Positions 36,674 to 45,941 of a DNA stretch of 64,000 nt are shown in pieces. The stretch is from NCBI GenBank assembly GCA_963739455.1, contig CAVUAK010000001.1, forward strand, positions 231,300 to 295,299, read 5' to 3'. This stretch comes from an uncultured Gemmatimonadales bacterium. GTDB lineage: Bacteria; Gemmatimonadota; Gemmatimonadetes; Gemmatimonadales; GWC2-71-9. The position numbers and the translations under genes are program-made. Position 1 is the first letter of the stretch. The number at the start of each line of letters is the position of its first letter. The notes beneath the pieces are model-generated. The model saw only the letters and a list, made by a program, of their open reading frames with translations. It did not search any database and had not been told where the DNA came from.

Positions 36674-38941
36674 CTGAATGACGTTACGACCCGCCTCACC
36701 GCTGCCCTCGGCGACCGCTATCGCATCGAGCGCGAGCTCGGCCAGGGTGGCATGGCCACCGTCTATCTCGCCCACGACCTCAAGCACGACCGCAAGGTCG
36801 CCATCAAGGTCCTCCGGCCCGAGCTCGCCGCCTCACTCGGCGCTGATCGTTTCCTCTCCGAGATCCGGACAGTCGCCGCACTGAGCCACCCGAATATCCT
36901 GCCACTCTTCGACAGCGGCGTAGCCACCCTCGACCCTGAACGCTTAACTCCTGACTCTCAACTGTTGTTCTACGTCATGCCCTTCATCGAGGGCGAGACC
37001 CTCCGCGCCCGCATGACCCGCGAGAAGGCTCTCCCCGTCGACGAGGCCGTGCGCCTCACCCGCGAGATTGCCGACGCCCTCGCCTATGCCCACGCGCACG
37101 ACGTCATCCACCGCGACATCAAGCCGGAAAACATCCTGCTCCAGTCCGGCCATGCCGTGGTCGCCGATTTCGGTATTGCCCGCGCCGTGAGGACGGCCGG
37201 CGCCGAGCGCATGACGGAGGTGGGCCTGGCCATCGGCACGCCCGCCTACATGAGCCCGGAACAGTCGGCCGGTGAGCGCGACCTGGACGGCCGGAGCGAT
37301 CTCTACGCCCTGGCCAGCGTGCTCTACGAGATGCTTGCCGGCGAGCCGCCGTTCACCGGCGCAACCGTCGAGGCCATCCTGGTCCAGCGCTTCACCCAGC
37401 CGCCCCCGAAGATCACGAAGAAGCGGCCCACCATTCCGCGCGCGATCGAGGCAGCCCTGTACACGGCGATGGCCCGCGCCCCCGAGGAGCGCTTCCCCAC
37501 CGTCGAGCGGTTTGTTGCCTCACTTGAATCGAAGGAGACGTCGAGCACCGAGCTCGAGCGCTCCATTGCCGTGCTGCCCTTCGCCAACATGAGCGGCGAT
37601 CCGGAGAACGAGTACTTCTCCGACGGCATCTCCGAGGAGATCATCAACGCCCTGACCCAGTTGCCGAAGCTTCGCGTCGCGGCACGGACGTCTGCCTTTT
37701 CCTTCAAGGGCAGGAACCTCGACCTCCGGAGCGTCGGCGAGCAGCTGAACGTCGCCACCGTGCTCGAGGGGAGCGTGCGGCGCGCCGGCGGACGGATCCG
37801 CATCACCGCGCAGCTCGTCAATGTCGCCGACGGCTACCATCTCTGGTCCGAGCGCTACGACCGGGAGCTCACCGACATTTTCGCCATTCAGGATGAGATC
37901 GCCACTGCCATCGCCGGGAAGCTGAAGGTGACGCTCGGCGTGGGCAGCGAACGACAGCTGGTCCGTGCCCCTACCACGAACGTCGAGGCGTACGACCTCT
38001 ATCTCAAGGGACATGCCTTCGTGAAACAGCGGGGCCTCGCCCTGCTGCGCGCGGCGGATTGCCTCGAGCAGGCCATCGCACTCGATCCCGACTTCGCGCT
38101 CGCACACGCGGAACTCGCCGAGGCGCTGGTCCTGATGAGCCTGTATGGAATCGTCCTTCCTGCCGACATCCGCGACCGGGCGCGTCACGCCACCTCTCGC
38201 GCGCTGGAGCTCGATCCCGCCCTCGTCACCACCCAGATCGCGCTCGCCCTCTACTCCATCATCGTTGAGTTCGACCAGGCCGGGACGAAAGCGGCCTTCG
38301 CCCGCGCCATCGAGCTTGACCCTGCCGACATCGACGCCCGGACCTTCCAGGCGGCGTTCGACTTTTGCTACATTCGCGGCGAGCACGAACGCGCCGTCGC
38401 GCAACTCCTCGGCGTTGTCGAGTCGGATCCGCTGAGTGCAGTAGCACGCGGTCAGGCCGGTATCGTGCTCGCCTTCGCCGGAAGGCTCGACGAGGCGGAG
38501 GCACAGGCCCGGCGGGGCATCGCGCTCGACCCGGGCGCGTTCTACTCCCACTGGGCCCTGCTCCACGCCTTGATGCTGGGTTCCAGGCCAGCGGCTGGAG
38601 TGCAGGAAGGCCGCGCGATGCTGGCGCGTTTCGGCCGCCACCCGTGGCTCATGATGGGTGTCGCCTATGCCTGCGGAGCGGCGGGGCAGCCGGACAAGGC
38701 CGCGGCCATCTACGCCGAGCTCGAGGCTCGCTCCCGTGGCGAATACGTCCAGCCGGTGTCGCTCGCCGTCTCCGCCCTGGGAGCCGGCCGCCGGGATCTG
38801 GCGTTGCAGCATGTTCGCGAAGCCGGTCGCATCCGTGACCCCATGCTCGCAGCCACCGGTCTCCACGGCCCGATGTTCCCCTCGATCCGTAACGAACCGG
38901 AATACATTGCCATCCTCGAAGAGCTTGGTTGGCACAACTGA
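36674..38941 (+). CDS. Ser/Thr protein kinase K4 (kinase, TolB-N-like segment, TPR), probable CTG start
   Basis: The track ORF starts at ATG 36752, inside the Gly-loop. The frame is open upstream through ..RLTAALGDRYRIERELGQGG. CTG AAT at 36674 aligns with the TTG AAT start of K1. IAVLPFANMSGDPENEYFSDG segment, then TPR-like repeats. Confidence 0.75.
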   Translation: MNDVTTRLTAALGDRYRIERELGQGGMATVYLAHDLKHDRKVAIKVLRPELAASLGADRFLSEIRTVAALSHPNILPLFDSGVATLDPERLTPDSQLLFYVMPFIEGETLRARMTREKALPVDEAVRLTREIADALAYAHAHDVIHRDIKPENILLQSGHAVVADFGIARAVRTAGAERMTEVGLAIGTPAYMSPEQSAGERDLDGRSDLYALASVLYEMLAGEPPFTGATVEAILVQRFTQPPPKITKKRPTIPRAIEAALYTAMARAPEERFPTVERFVASLESKETSSTELERSIAVLPFANMSGDPENEYFSDGISEEIINALTQLPKLRVAARTSAFSFKGRNLDLRSVGEQLNVATVLEGSVRRAGGRIRITAQLVNVADGYHLWSERYDRELTDIFAIQDEIATAIAGKLKVTLGVGSERQLVRAPTTNVEAYDLYLKGHAFVKQRGLALLRAADCLEQAIALDPDFALAHAELAEALVLMSLYGIVLPADIRDRARHATSRALELDPALVTTQIALALYSIIVEFDQAGTKAAFARAIELDPADIDARTFQAAFDFCYIRGEHERAVAQLLGVVESDPLSAVARGQAGIVLAFAGRLDEAEAQARRGIALDPGAFYSHWALLHALMLGSRPAAGVQEGRAMLARFGRHPWLMMGVAYACGAAGQPDKAAAIYAELEARSRGEYVQPVSLAVSALGAGRRDLALQHVREAGRIRDPMLAATGLHGPMFPSIRNEPEYIAILEELGWHN

Positions 38942-38979
38942 CGACTCCCTGACGACTGATGACTGCCGACTGATGACCG
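38938..38979. repeat. CTGACGA/CTGATGA heptamer tract spanning the K4 stop and the next gene's start codon
   Basis: ctgacga ctcc ctgacga ctgatga ctgccga ctgatga ccgac read directly. TGA 38939-38941 and ATG 38973-38975 both lie inside repeat units. Confidence 0.8.
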
Positions 38980-39926
38980 ACATCCGTCCCATCACACTCG
39001 ACGAAATCCGCGCCGCGCGCACCCGCATCGCCGGCACCATCCTGCGCACGCCACTCGTCAAGCTCGAGCTCGGCCCCGGCTATCCCGACATCCGCCTCAA
39101 GCTCGAGAACCTGCAGCCCATCAACTCCTTCAAGCTTCGCGGTGCCGCCAACGCCGTTGCCCTGCTGACAGATGCCGAACGGAAGCTCGGCGTCTGGACC
39201 ATCAGTGCCGGCAACGCCGGCCAGGGTGTGGCGTATGCCGCGCGGCAGGCTGGAGTCCCCTGCACGGTCGTCGTCATCGAGACGGCGCCCGCCTCCAAGG
39301 TCGAGCGCATGAAGGCGCTCGGCGCCAAACTGGTGCTGGTGCCGTTCGCCGTCGCATGGAAGGCGCTCGAGGACCGCACCTATCCCGGCATCGAGGGCAC
39401 CTTCGTGCACCCCTTCGATGACCACAACTTCATCGCCGGCAATGCCACGGTTGGTCTCGAGATTCTCGAGGACGTCCCCGATGTCGCCGTCGTCATCGCT
39501 GCCCTAGGCGGCGGCGGCCTCATCGCCGGCGCCGGCAGCGCAATCAGGCCGCTGCGCCCAGACGTCAGGATCCTCGCCGCCGAACCCGAGACGGCGGCGC
39601 CCATGTCGCTCTCACTCGAGAAGGGCTCGCCCCAGGCGTTTCCCGGCTGGCAGGCCTCCTTCATTGACGGCGCAGGTGGCAAGAGTGTCTTTCCGCGCAT
39701 GTGGGAACGCATGCACGGCCTGCTCGACGGCAGCATTGTGGTCACCCTCGAGCAGGTGAAGGCCGCGGTCCGGCTCATGGCCGAGAAGTCCCGGGTCATC
39801 GCCGAGGGCGCCGGCGCCTTGCCGCTCGCCGCCGCACTCACCGGCAAGGCCGGTCCGGGCCCGATCGTGTGCATCGTCTCCGGTGGCAACATCGACCTCG
39901 ACAAGTTCGCCGAGTTCATCGCATGA
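38973..39926 (+). CDS. PLP fold-type II enzyme (threonine/serine dehydratase-like)
   Basis: In frame with track ORF 38658..39926. ATG 38973 gives MTDIRPITLDEIRAARTRIAG... NSFKLRGA lysine motif, SAGNAGQGVAYAA, GGGGLIAG glycine loop. Confidence 0.8.
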   Translation: MTDIRPITLDEIRAARTRIAGTILRTPLVKLELGPGYPDIRLKLENLQPINSFKLRGAANAVALLTDAERKLGVWTISAGNAGQGVAYAARQAGVPCTVVVIETAPASKVERMKALGAKLVLVPFAVAWKALEDRTYPGIEGTFVHPFDDHNFIAGNATVGLEILEDVPDVAVVIAALGGGGLIAGAGSAIRPLRPDVRILAAEPETAAPMSLSLEKGSPQAFPGWQASFIDGAGGKSVFPRMWERMHGLLDGSIVVTLEQVKAAVRLMAEKSRVIAEGAGALPLAAALTGKAGPGPIVCIVSGGNIDLDKFAEFIA

Positions 39927-41974
39927 GCCTGGACGCGCGCCTTGTTGCCGCCCTTGCTGATCGCTACCGCATCGAGCGCGAGCTCGGTGAGGGCGGCATG
40001 GCTACCGTCTACCTCGCCCACGACCTCAAGCACAACCGTCCCGTCGCGATCAAGGTCCTCCGCCCCGAACTCGCCGCCGCACTCGGGGCAGACCGATTCC
40101 TCCGCGAAATCGAGACGACGGCTAATCTCCGCCACCCGAACATCCTCCCATTGTTTGACAGTGGTGCACTGCCGACTGACTCACGACTGCCGACTGACGA
40201 CTCACGACTGCTGTACTACGTCATGCCCTTCATCGACGGCGAGTCGCTCCGAGATCGCTTGAAGCGCGAGGGACAGCTGTCGATTCCCGATGCCCTCCAG
40301 GTCGCCCGCGAAGTGGCCGATGCCCTCGGGTATGCCCACAGCCGCAATGTCATCCATCGCGACATCAAGCCCGAGAACATCCTTCTCGAGCGGGGACATG
40401 CCGTCGTCGCTGATTTCGGCATCGCCCGGGCCGCGAGCACCGCTGGCGCCGGGAGGCTCACCCAGACCGGCATGGCTATCGGCACCCCGGCCTACATGAG
40501 CCCGGAGCAGTCAGTGGGCGAGTCGGATGTCGACGCCCGCAGCGACCTGTACGCGCTCGGTTGCGTGCTGTACGAAATGCTGGCTGGTGAGGCACCCTAC
40601 ACCGGGCCGAATGCGCAGGCCATCATCGCCAAGCGTTTCATGGAGCCGGTGCCACGCATCTCCACCTTGCGGAGCACCGTTTCGCCTGCACTCGAGGCGG
40701 CCGTGAGTCGGCTCCTCGCCAGGTCGCCCGCCGATCGCTTTGCGACTGCGGATGAGTTCGTGAGGGCGCTCGACGATCCCGCGCCAGCCACGGTCACGGC
40801 GCCGGTGGTCGTTGAGGAGGGCTTCTGGATCGTGGTGATGCCCTTCCGGTTCAGCGGCGCGAGCACCGAGCTGACCGCACTGGCAGAAGGACTCACCGAT
40901 GAGATCGTGGCTGGGCTGTCACGATTCTCGTATCTCCGCGTTTCGCTCGGCGAGAAGCCCGGCGCGCGCTATGTGATCGAGGGAACCCTTCGTCAGGCAG
41001 GCGCAGCCCTGCGGCTGTCGGTGCAGCTGGTGGACACGAACTCGCGCGCCCACGTGTGGGCCGAGACCTACGATCGTGCCTTCCAGTCGGGGGACATCTT
41101 CGTGCTGCAGGACGATCTCGTCCCCCGCATCGTCTCCACGGTGGCTGACGCACATGGCGCCCTCCCTCATACCCTGAGCGAAGCACTGCGCGGCAGGGAT
41201 CCGGGTCTGCTCACGCCATACGAGGCCGTGTTGCGCAGCTTTGGCTACGGCTATCGCATGACGCCGGAAGAGCACGCTGCCGTGCGGGCCTGCCTGGAGA
41301 GAGCCGTCACGCAGGCGCCCGGCTACGCCGATGCCTGGGGCATGCTGTCGCTCGTGTATGCGGAGGAGTTCTCCAACGGGTTCAATGCGCGGCCCGATCC
41401 GCTCGGGCGTGCACTCCAGGCGGCTCGGCGCGCAGCCGACGCTGCACCGTCAAGCGCCCTGGCATACAACGCCCTGGCCCGGGCACTGTTCTTCCGGAAG
41501 GAGTTCCCCGCCTTCAGGGTCGCGGCGCAGCGTGCCATTGAACTCAATCCTTTCAACGGACCCACGCTCGCCGGCCTGGGTGGCATGGTGGCGTACGCCG
41601 GCGACTGGGAAGCTGGCTGCGCCCACGTCGAGCGGGCGTTGCGGCTCAACCCGCGACACCCCGGCGGCTACTGGTTCCCCCTGTACTACAATGCCTATCG
41701 TCAGGGGGACTACCGCGCTGCGCTGAACTTCGCCCTCAACATCGACCTCCCGGAATTCTTCGCGACGCACGAGGTCCTGGCCGCCGTCTATGGCCAGCTC
41801 GGGGAACGTGACGCGGCCGCGAGGAGCCTGCGGGAACTGCTCCGGCTGAAGCCCGACTTCGCCGCGACGATGCGCGAAGAAACCGGGAAGTGGCTCGATC
41901 GAGACCTCGTCGAGCACCAGGTCGATGGGCTTCGCAAGGCGGGACTGGAGCTTCCCGATGACATTGGACACTGA
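39923..41974 (+). CDS. Ser/Thr protein kinase K5 (kinase, TolB-N-like segment, TPR), intact
   Basis: In frame with ORF 39701..41974. ATG 39923 overlaps the upstream stop (ATGA) and gives MSLDARLVAALADRYRIERELGEGGMATVYLA. All Hanks motifs present. FWIVVMPFRFSG segment and TPR-like C-terminus. Confidence 0.85.
   Translation: MSLDARLVAALADRYRIERELGEGGMATVYLAHDLKHNRPVAIKVLRPELAAALGADRFLREIETTANLRHPNILPLFDSGALPTDSRLPTDDSRLLYYVMPFIDGESLRDRLKREGQLSIPDALQVAREVADALGYAHSRNVIHRDIKPENILLERGHAVVADFGIARAASTAGAGRLTQTGMAIGTPAYMSPEQSVGESDVDARSDLYALGCVLYEMLAGEAPYTGPNAQAIIAKRFMEPVPRISTLRSTVSPALEAAVSRLLARSPADRFATADEFVRALDDPAPATVTAPVVVEEGFWIVVMPFRFSGASTELTALAEGLTDEIVAGLSRFSYLRVSLGEKPGARYVIEGTLRQAGAALRLSVQLVDTNSRAHVWAETYDRAFQSGDIFVLQDDLVPRIVSTVADAHGALPHTLSEALRGRDPGLLTPYEAVLRSFGYGYRMTPEEHAAVRACLERAVTQAPGYADAWGMLSLVYAEEFSNGFNARPDPLGRALQAARRAADAAPSSALAYNALARALFFRKEFPAFRVAAQRAIELNPFNGPTLAGLGGMVAYAGDWEAGCAHVERALRLNPRHPGGYWFPLYYNAYRQGDYRAALNFALNIDLPEFFATHEVLAAVYGQLGERDAAARSLRELLRLKPDFAATMREETGKWLDRDLVEHQVDGLRKAGLELPDDIGH
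40167..40212. repeat. GACTCAC-family heptamer tract (about 6 units) inside K5
   Basis: cactgcc gactgac tcacgac tgccgac tgacgac tcacgac tgctg encodes LPTDSRLPTDDSRL. Confidence 0.85.
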
Positions 41975-43526
41975 TGTTCTCATCGTCGGCGCCGGACCAA
42001 CGGGGCTGATGCTCGCCAATCAGCTCGCTCGCCGCGGCGTCCGCACCATGATCATCGATCGCCATCCTGCACCCGCCCGCGAGTCACGCGCGCTCGGCGT
42101 GCAGGCGCGCACCCTCGAGATCTACTCGCGCCTTGGCATCGTTGATCGCGCCCTCGCCCTCGGCCGCCGCGCGACCGGCGCCAACCTCTGGTCGAATGGA
42201 CGTCGCGCCGCGCGCGTTCCCCTCGGTGACATCGGGCGCGACGTGAGCCCCTATCCCTATCTCCTCATTCTCGGGCAGGACGACAACGAACGGATCCTGG
42301 GTGAGAACCTGGCCCAGTGGGACCTGAAGGTGCAGTGGAATACCGAACTGGTCGGCCTGGCGCAGGACGACAACACGGCGACGGCCACGCTGAAGCACGC
42401 GGATGGAACGCTCCACCAGGTTACCGCCGCGTGGGTGGCAGGGTGCGACGGCGCCCGCAGCGCCGTGCGCAGCCTGACAGGCATCGCGTTCGACGGCGCG
42501 CCGTATGAGCACGTGTTCTTCGTCGCCGATATCGAGGCGACCGGCAACATGGTGCCGGATGAACTCAACATCTACCTGTGGCGGGAGGGGTTTCACCTTC
42601 TCTTCCCGATGCGCGGCACCAACCACTGGCGCCTCGTGGGAATCCTGCCGCCGGAGCTGCGCGACAGGGACGACCTGGTGTTCGACGAAGTCATTCCGTC
42701 GATACACCAGCAGGCGGGAACCGGCTTGGTCTTCAAGTCGTGCGACTGGTTCTCCACCTACCGCATTCACCATCGCCGGGCCGCCCGCTTTCGCGACCGC
42801 CGCTGCTTCCTCCTCGGCGACGCGGCACACATCCACAGTCCCGTGGGTGCACAGGGCATGAACACCGGCCTGCAGGACGCGTACAACCTGGCGTGGAAGC
42901 TTGCCCTCGTCGTGGCGGGTCGCGCGGCGCCCGCGCTGCTCGATTCCTATGAGGAAGAGCGCATTCCAGTCGCCAGGCGACTGCTCGACACCACCGACCG
43001 CGCCTTCTCGCTCATTGTGTCCGCGAGTCCGCTCGCCGCCCTGCTGCGCTCGACCGTACTCGCAAGAGTTGGTGCGTTCGCCATGCGCTTCGAGCGGGTC
43101 CGGATGTTCGCCTTCCTCACCATCTCGCAGACCGGTATCGAGTACCGCGCCAGCTCGTTGTCCCGGACGCTGCCGGGTTTGCCGGCCGCGGCGCCTCAGG
43201 CCGGCGATCGCTTCCCCTGGGTCAGGCTCAAGCTCGAGCAGGATGCTGAGGCCACAAGCCTGTTCGACGAGATCGACGACACGCGCTTCACCCTCCTCCT
43301 GTTTGGCCAGCAGCAACCCACGACAGTCATACCCGAACTCGACGACATGCTCGACACGATTGTGATCCCAGCTGACCTGGCCAACGTCCGGGAACTGGCC
43401 CGCGTCCAGGTTTCCCGGCCTTCGTTCTATCTTCTCCGCCCCGACGGCCACATCGCGCTCGCCGGGACGATATTCGATGCCGCCACAGTGGCCGACTATC
43501 TGGCTGTCATTGCGAGGCCCGCGTAG
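41958..43526 (+). CDS. FAD-dependent aromatic-ring monooxygenase/hydroxylase family protein
   Basis: ATG 41958 (17-nt overlap with K5) gives MTLDTDVLIVGAGPTGLMLA (GxGxxG). CDGARSAVR. LLGDAAHIHSPVGAQGMNTGLQDAYNLAWKL. Confidence 0.85.
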   Translation: MTLDTDVLIVGAGPTGLMLANQLARRGVRTMIIDRHPAPARESRALGVQARTLEIYSRLGIVDRALALGRRATGANLWSNGRRAARVPLGDIGRDVSPYPYLLILGQDDNERILGENLAQWDLKVQWNTELVGLAQDDNTATATLKHADGTLHQVTAAWVAGCDGARSAVRSLTGIAFDGAPYEHVFFVADIEATGNMVPDELNIYLWREGFHLLFPMRGTNHWRLVGILPPELRDRDDLVFDEVIPSIHQQAGTGLVFKSCDWFSTYRIHHRRAARFRDRRCFLLGDAAHIHSPVGAQGMNTGLQDAYNLAWKLALVVAGRAAPALLDSYEEERIPVARRLLDTTDRAFSLIVSASPLAALLRSTVLARVGAFAMRFERVRMFAFLTISQTGIEYRASSLSRTLPGLPAAAPQAGDRFPWVRLKLEQDAEATSLFDEIDDTRFTLLLFGQQQPTTVIPELDDMLDTIVIPADLANVRELARVQVSRPSFYLLRPDGHIALAGTIFDAATVADYLAVIARPA

Positions 43527-43560
43527 CGGGCCGCGGCAATCCCGTGAAATCAGCTTCGAT

Positions 43561-44373
43561 CTAGTTCACCGTAAACACCTGGCTCATCCCCCGCTCGGCA
43601 TGATTCTGCTTCTCTCCTTCCTTCTGGAAGAAGCAGAACATCCGGTACGTGCCCGGCGTGAATGTCGCCGTCATCACTGTCGTGTCCCCCGGGGTCAGGT
43701 CCGCCACGCCGCCGTAATTCTCCCACGGTGACGGCCCCTTCGGGTCGGCGCTGTCGGCCCGCGCCTTCGCCTGCTCCAGCGTGAACCCGTCCTTGAGCCG
43801 GGAAATGATCATTTCGTGCGGCTCGTCGCTCGTGTTGACCGCGCGAATGACCTGGGGCCCCGCGCTGATTGGCTTGGACACATTGAACCCGAAGCTGATC
43901 AGCTGCACCTCCAGGTCCGGTTGGGGCGGGGCGGCCGCGAGCGTCGGACCCCGCACAATGATTTCCCTTATCATGCCCTTCGCGAAGTGCGGCTCATGGT
44001 CGGGCGCGCTGAAGTAGCACAGCATCACGTACACCCCGGGCTCCAGCTTCAAGGTGTAGGTCGGGCTCGTGCCTGACTTCGACGTGACGCCACCACCAAC
44101 CGACTTCACCCACGAGGAGTCGTACGCGCTTTCACCAACCGCCAGCAGGTCGTTGATGCGCTTGCCCTGTTCCAGTCGCAGCAGGTCCAGCACATGCGCC
44201 GCATCGCTGGCCAGCTTGAGCTTCAGGGTGACGGTTCCGGCCGGGATCGTGTCAGGTCCCTGGAAGAAGTAGTCGCCCAGGGTGTACTCGATCACCGGCG
44301 GAGTCTTCACCAGCGGCTCACCCTTGCACGCCAGCACGCTTCCGAGCAGCACCAGGCATACAGTCGCTCGCAT
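43561..44373 (-). CDS. lipoprotein with two cupredoxin-like repeats (putative copper-binding)
   Basis: ORF extends to 44403. ATG 44373 gives MRATVCLVLLGSVLAC. Two similar halves each end in a Cys..His..Met string (YVMLCYFSAPDHEPHFAKGM; YRMFCFFQKEGEKQNHAERGM), with an upstream His (AAHVLDL; EPHEMII). Confidence 0.4.
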   Translation of the reverse strand: MRATVCLVLLGSVLACKGEPLVKTPPVIEYTLGDYFFQGPDTIPAGTVTLKLKLASDAAHVLDLLRLEQGKRINDLLAVGESAYDSSWVKSVGGGVTSKSGTSPTYTLKLEPGVYVMLCYFSAPDHEPHFAKGMIREIIVRGPTLAAAPPQPDLEVQLISFGFNVSKPISAGPQVIRAVNTSDEPHEMIISRLKDGFTLEQAKARADSADPKGPSPWENYGGVADLTPGDTTVMTATFTPGTYRMFCFFQKEGEKQNHAERGMSQVFTVN

Positions 44374-44411
44374 GAATCCTCTTTGTTGAAGTGGCGGAAC
44401 CAAATACTAGC

Positions 44412-44459
44412 GTCCTCCCCGTCCTCCCCGCCCTCCCCGCCCTCCCCGCCATATTATCC
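44412..44459. repeat. GCCCTCCCC/GTCCTCCCC nonamer tandem repeat, 5.3 copies, intergenic
   Basis: gtcctcccc gtcctcccc gccctcccc gccctcccc gccctcccc gcc read directly. It ends 2 nt before ATG 44462. Confidence 0.9.
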
Positions 44460-44461
44460 CC

Positions 44462-45836
44462 ATGCCCAAACCCCGACTCGCCGCCATACTCTCCGACATC
44501 CAGTTCTGGGTCCCCTTCGCCGTCCTGCTCACCGGCGCCCTGATCCTCGTTCTGGGTCAGCCGATGAGTACCTGGCCCGCTGACCTCGACGGACGCCGTC
44601 GCGCGCTCCGCACCGCCGGTCTCCTGAGTGGTGTTGCTGCCGGGGCCTGGCTCGGTGCCGCCGAGGCGCCCGCCAAGCTCGTCGCCACCGGCCTGAGTCC
44701 CGTCACCGTCTCGCTCGTCATGGTGTGCGGCGTCTTCCTCGCCCGCTGGAGCGTGCCCGCCCTGCTGCAGGGAACCTCCGCGGTCGGCGCCGACGTGAAG
44801 CAGGCCCCGCATCTCGTCATCTGGGCCATACTCGCCGGCAGCCTCTGGTCCATCGCCAACACCCTCACCGTCTACGCCATTCGCGATGTCGGCCTGAGCA
44901 TCGCGTTCCCGCTGTGGAACTCGAACAGCCTCCTCGGCATCCTCTGGGGCGCCCTCTTCTTCGGGGAGCTGCGCGGTGCCACCGGCGGCCAGCGCACGCG
45001 CGTCATCGGCGGCACCATCGCGATGTGCATCGGCGCCACGCTCCTCGCACTCGCCTCCACCCACGAGGCGGCGCACGGCTCTGCCGCCCGCGGCGTCATC
45101 GCGGCACTCGGTGCCGGCGCACTCTGGGGAACGATGTACATCCCCTACCGGAAGGCGTACCTCACCGGCATGTCGCCGTTGGCGTTCATCACCTTCTTCA
45201 CCGTGGGTGAGCTCGCCTGCATGGGCATCATCGCCCTCACCATCAATGGCGCATCGGTCACCGCCACCGAGCTCGCCGCCGCCCGCGGCGTCCTCTTCTG
45301 GCTCATGCTCGGCGGCTTCATCTGGGTCATCGGTGACCTCTTCCAGCAGTATGCCGCCAAGTACGTCGGCATCAGCCGCGGCATTCCGCTCTCGAATACC
45401 AACCAGCTCTGGGGACTCCTCTGGGGAACGCTCGTGTTCGGCGAACTCCGCCAGGGCGGCGTCTCCCTGCCCCTCGTCATCATCGGTTCGCTCACCATGG
45501 CCACTCGGCGCCGCCGCCGTTGCCCTCGCCACCACCGGCGATACCGAGCACGGGCGATGGCAGGAGGCCGCTGAGCGCGAAGCCCGTCGCTATGGCGTCG
45601 ATATCGAGTGGGTTCGCGCCCGCCTCCTCGGCACTGCCTCCGAACCCGCGCGACGGACATGGATTGACTGGACCTTGGTGGCAATTTCTACGGCAGTGTT
45701 CGTTTTTCTTGCACGCCAGGCCGAGGCTCCGGCGCTCGCCATGGACCTGCGCTGGGTAGTCATCCTGTGTATTGTGTCGGTCGCGCTGCTCGTGGCTGCG
45801 GGATGGATCCTGTGGCGAACGACCAGGTTCAATTGA
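44462..45836 (+). pseudogene. DMT-superfamily (GRP/RhaT-like) 10-TM transporter with a C-terminal extension, one +1 frameshift
   Basis: ORF 44462..45574 continues in the frame of 44976..45836 after an extra a at ~45503 (..VIIGSLTMA / LGAAAVALATTG..). AIRDVGLSIAFPLWNSNSLLGILWGALFFGE resembles GRP/RhaT family helices (recalled). Confidence 0.45.
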
Positions 45837-45880
45837 GAGTAGGAGGCGGGAGGGCGGGGCGCCCCTCAGGACTGGCGCAG

Positions 45881-45931
45881 CTCACGACTCACGACCCACG
45901 ACTCACGACCCACGACCCACGACCCACGACC
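45881..45931. repeat. CTCACGA/CCCACGA heptamer tandem repeat, 7 copies, intergenic
   Basis: ctcacga ctcacga cccacga ctcacga cccacga cccacga cccacga read directly. It is preceded at 45841-45862 by gaggcgggagggcggggcgcccc, an inverted nonamer-family fragment. Confidence 0.9.
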
Positions 45932-45941
45932 GAGGTTCCGC

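Noticed and set aside
44412-44459. Tandem repeats as a CRISPR array (also 45881-45931 and 55862-55985).
   Set aside because: The units are 7-9 nt (37 nt at most) and directly abutting, with no unique spacers. No cas genes are nearby.
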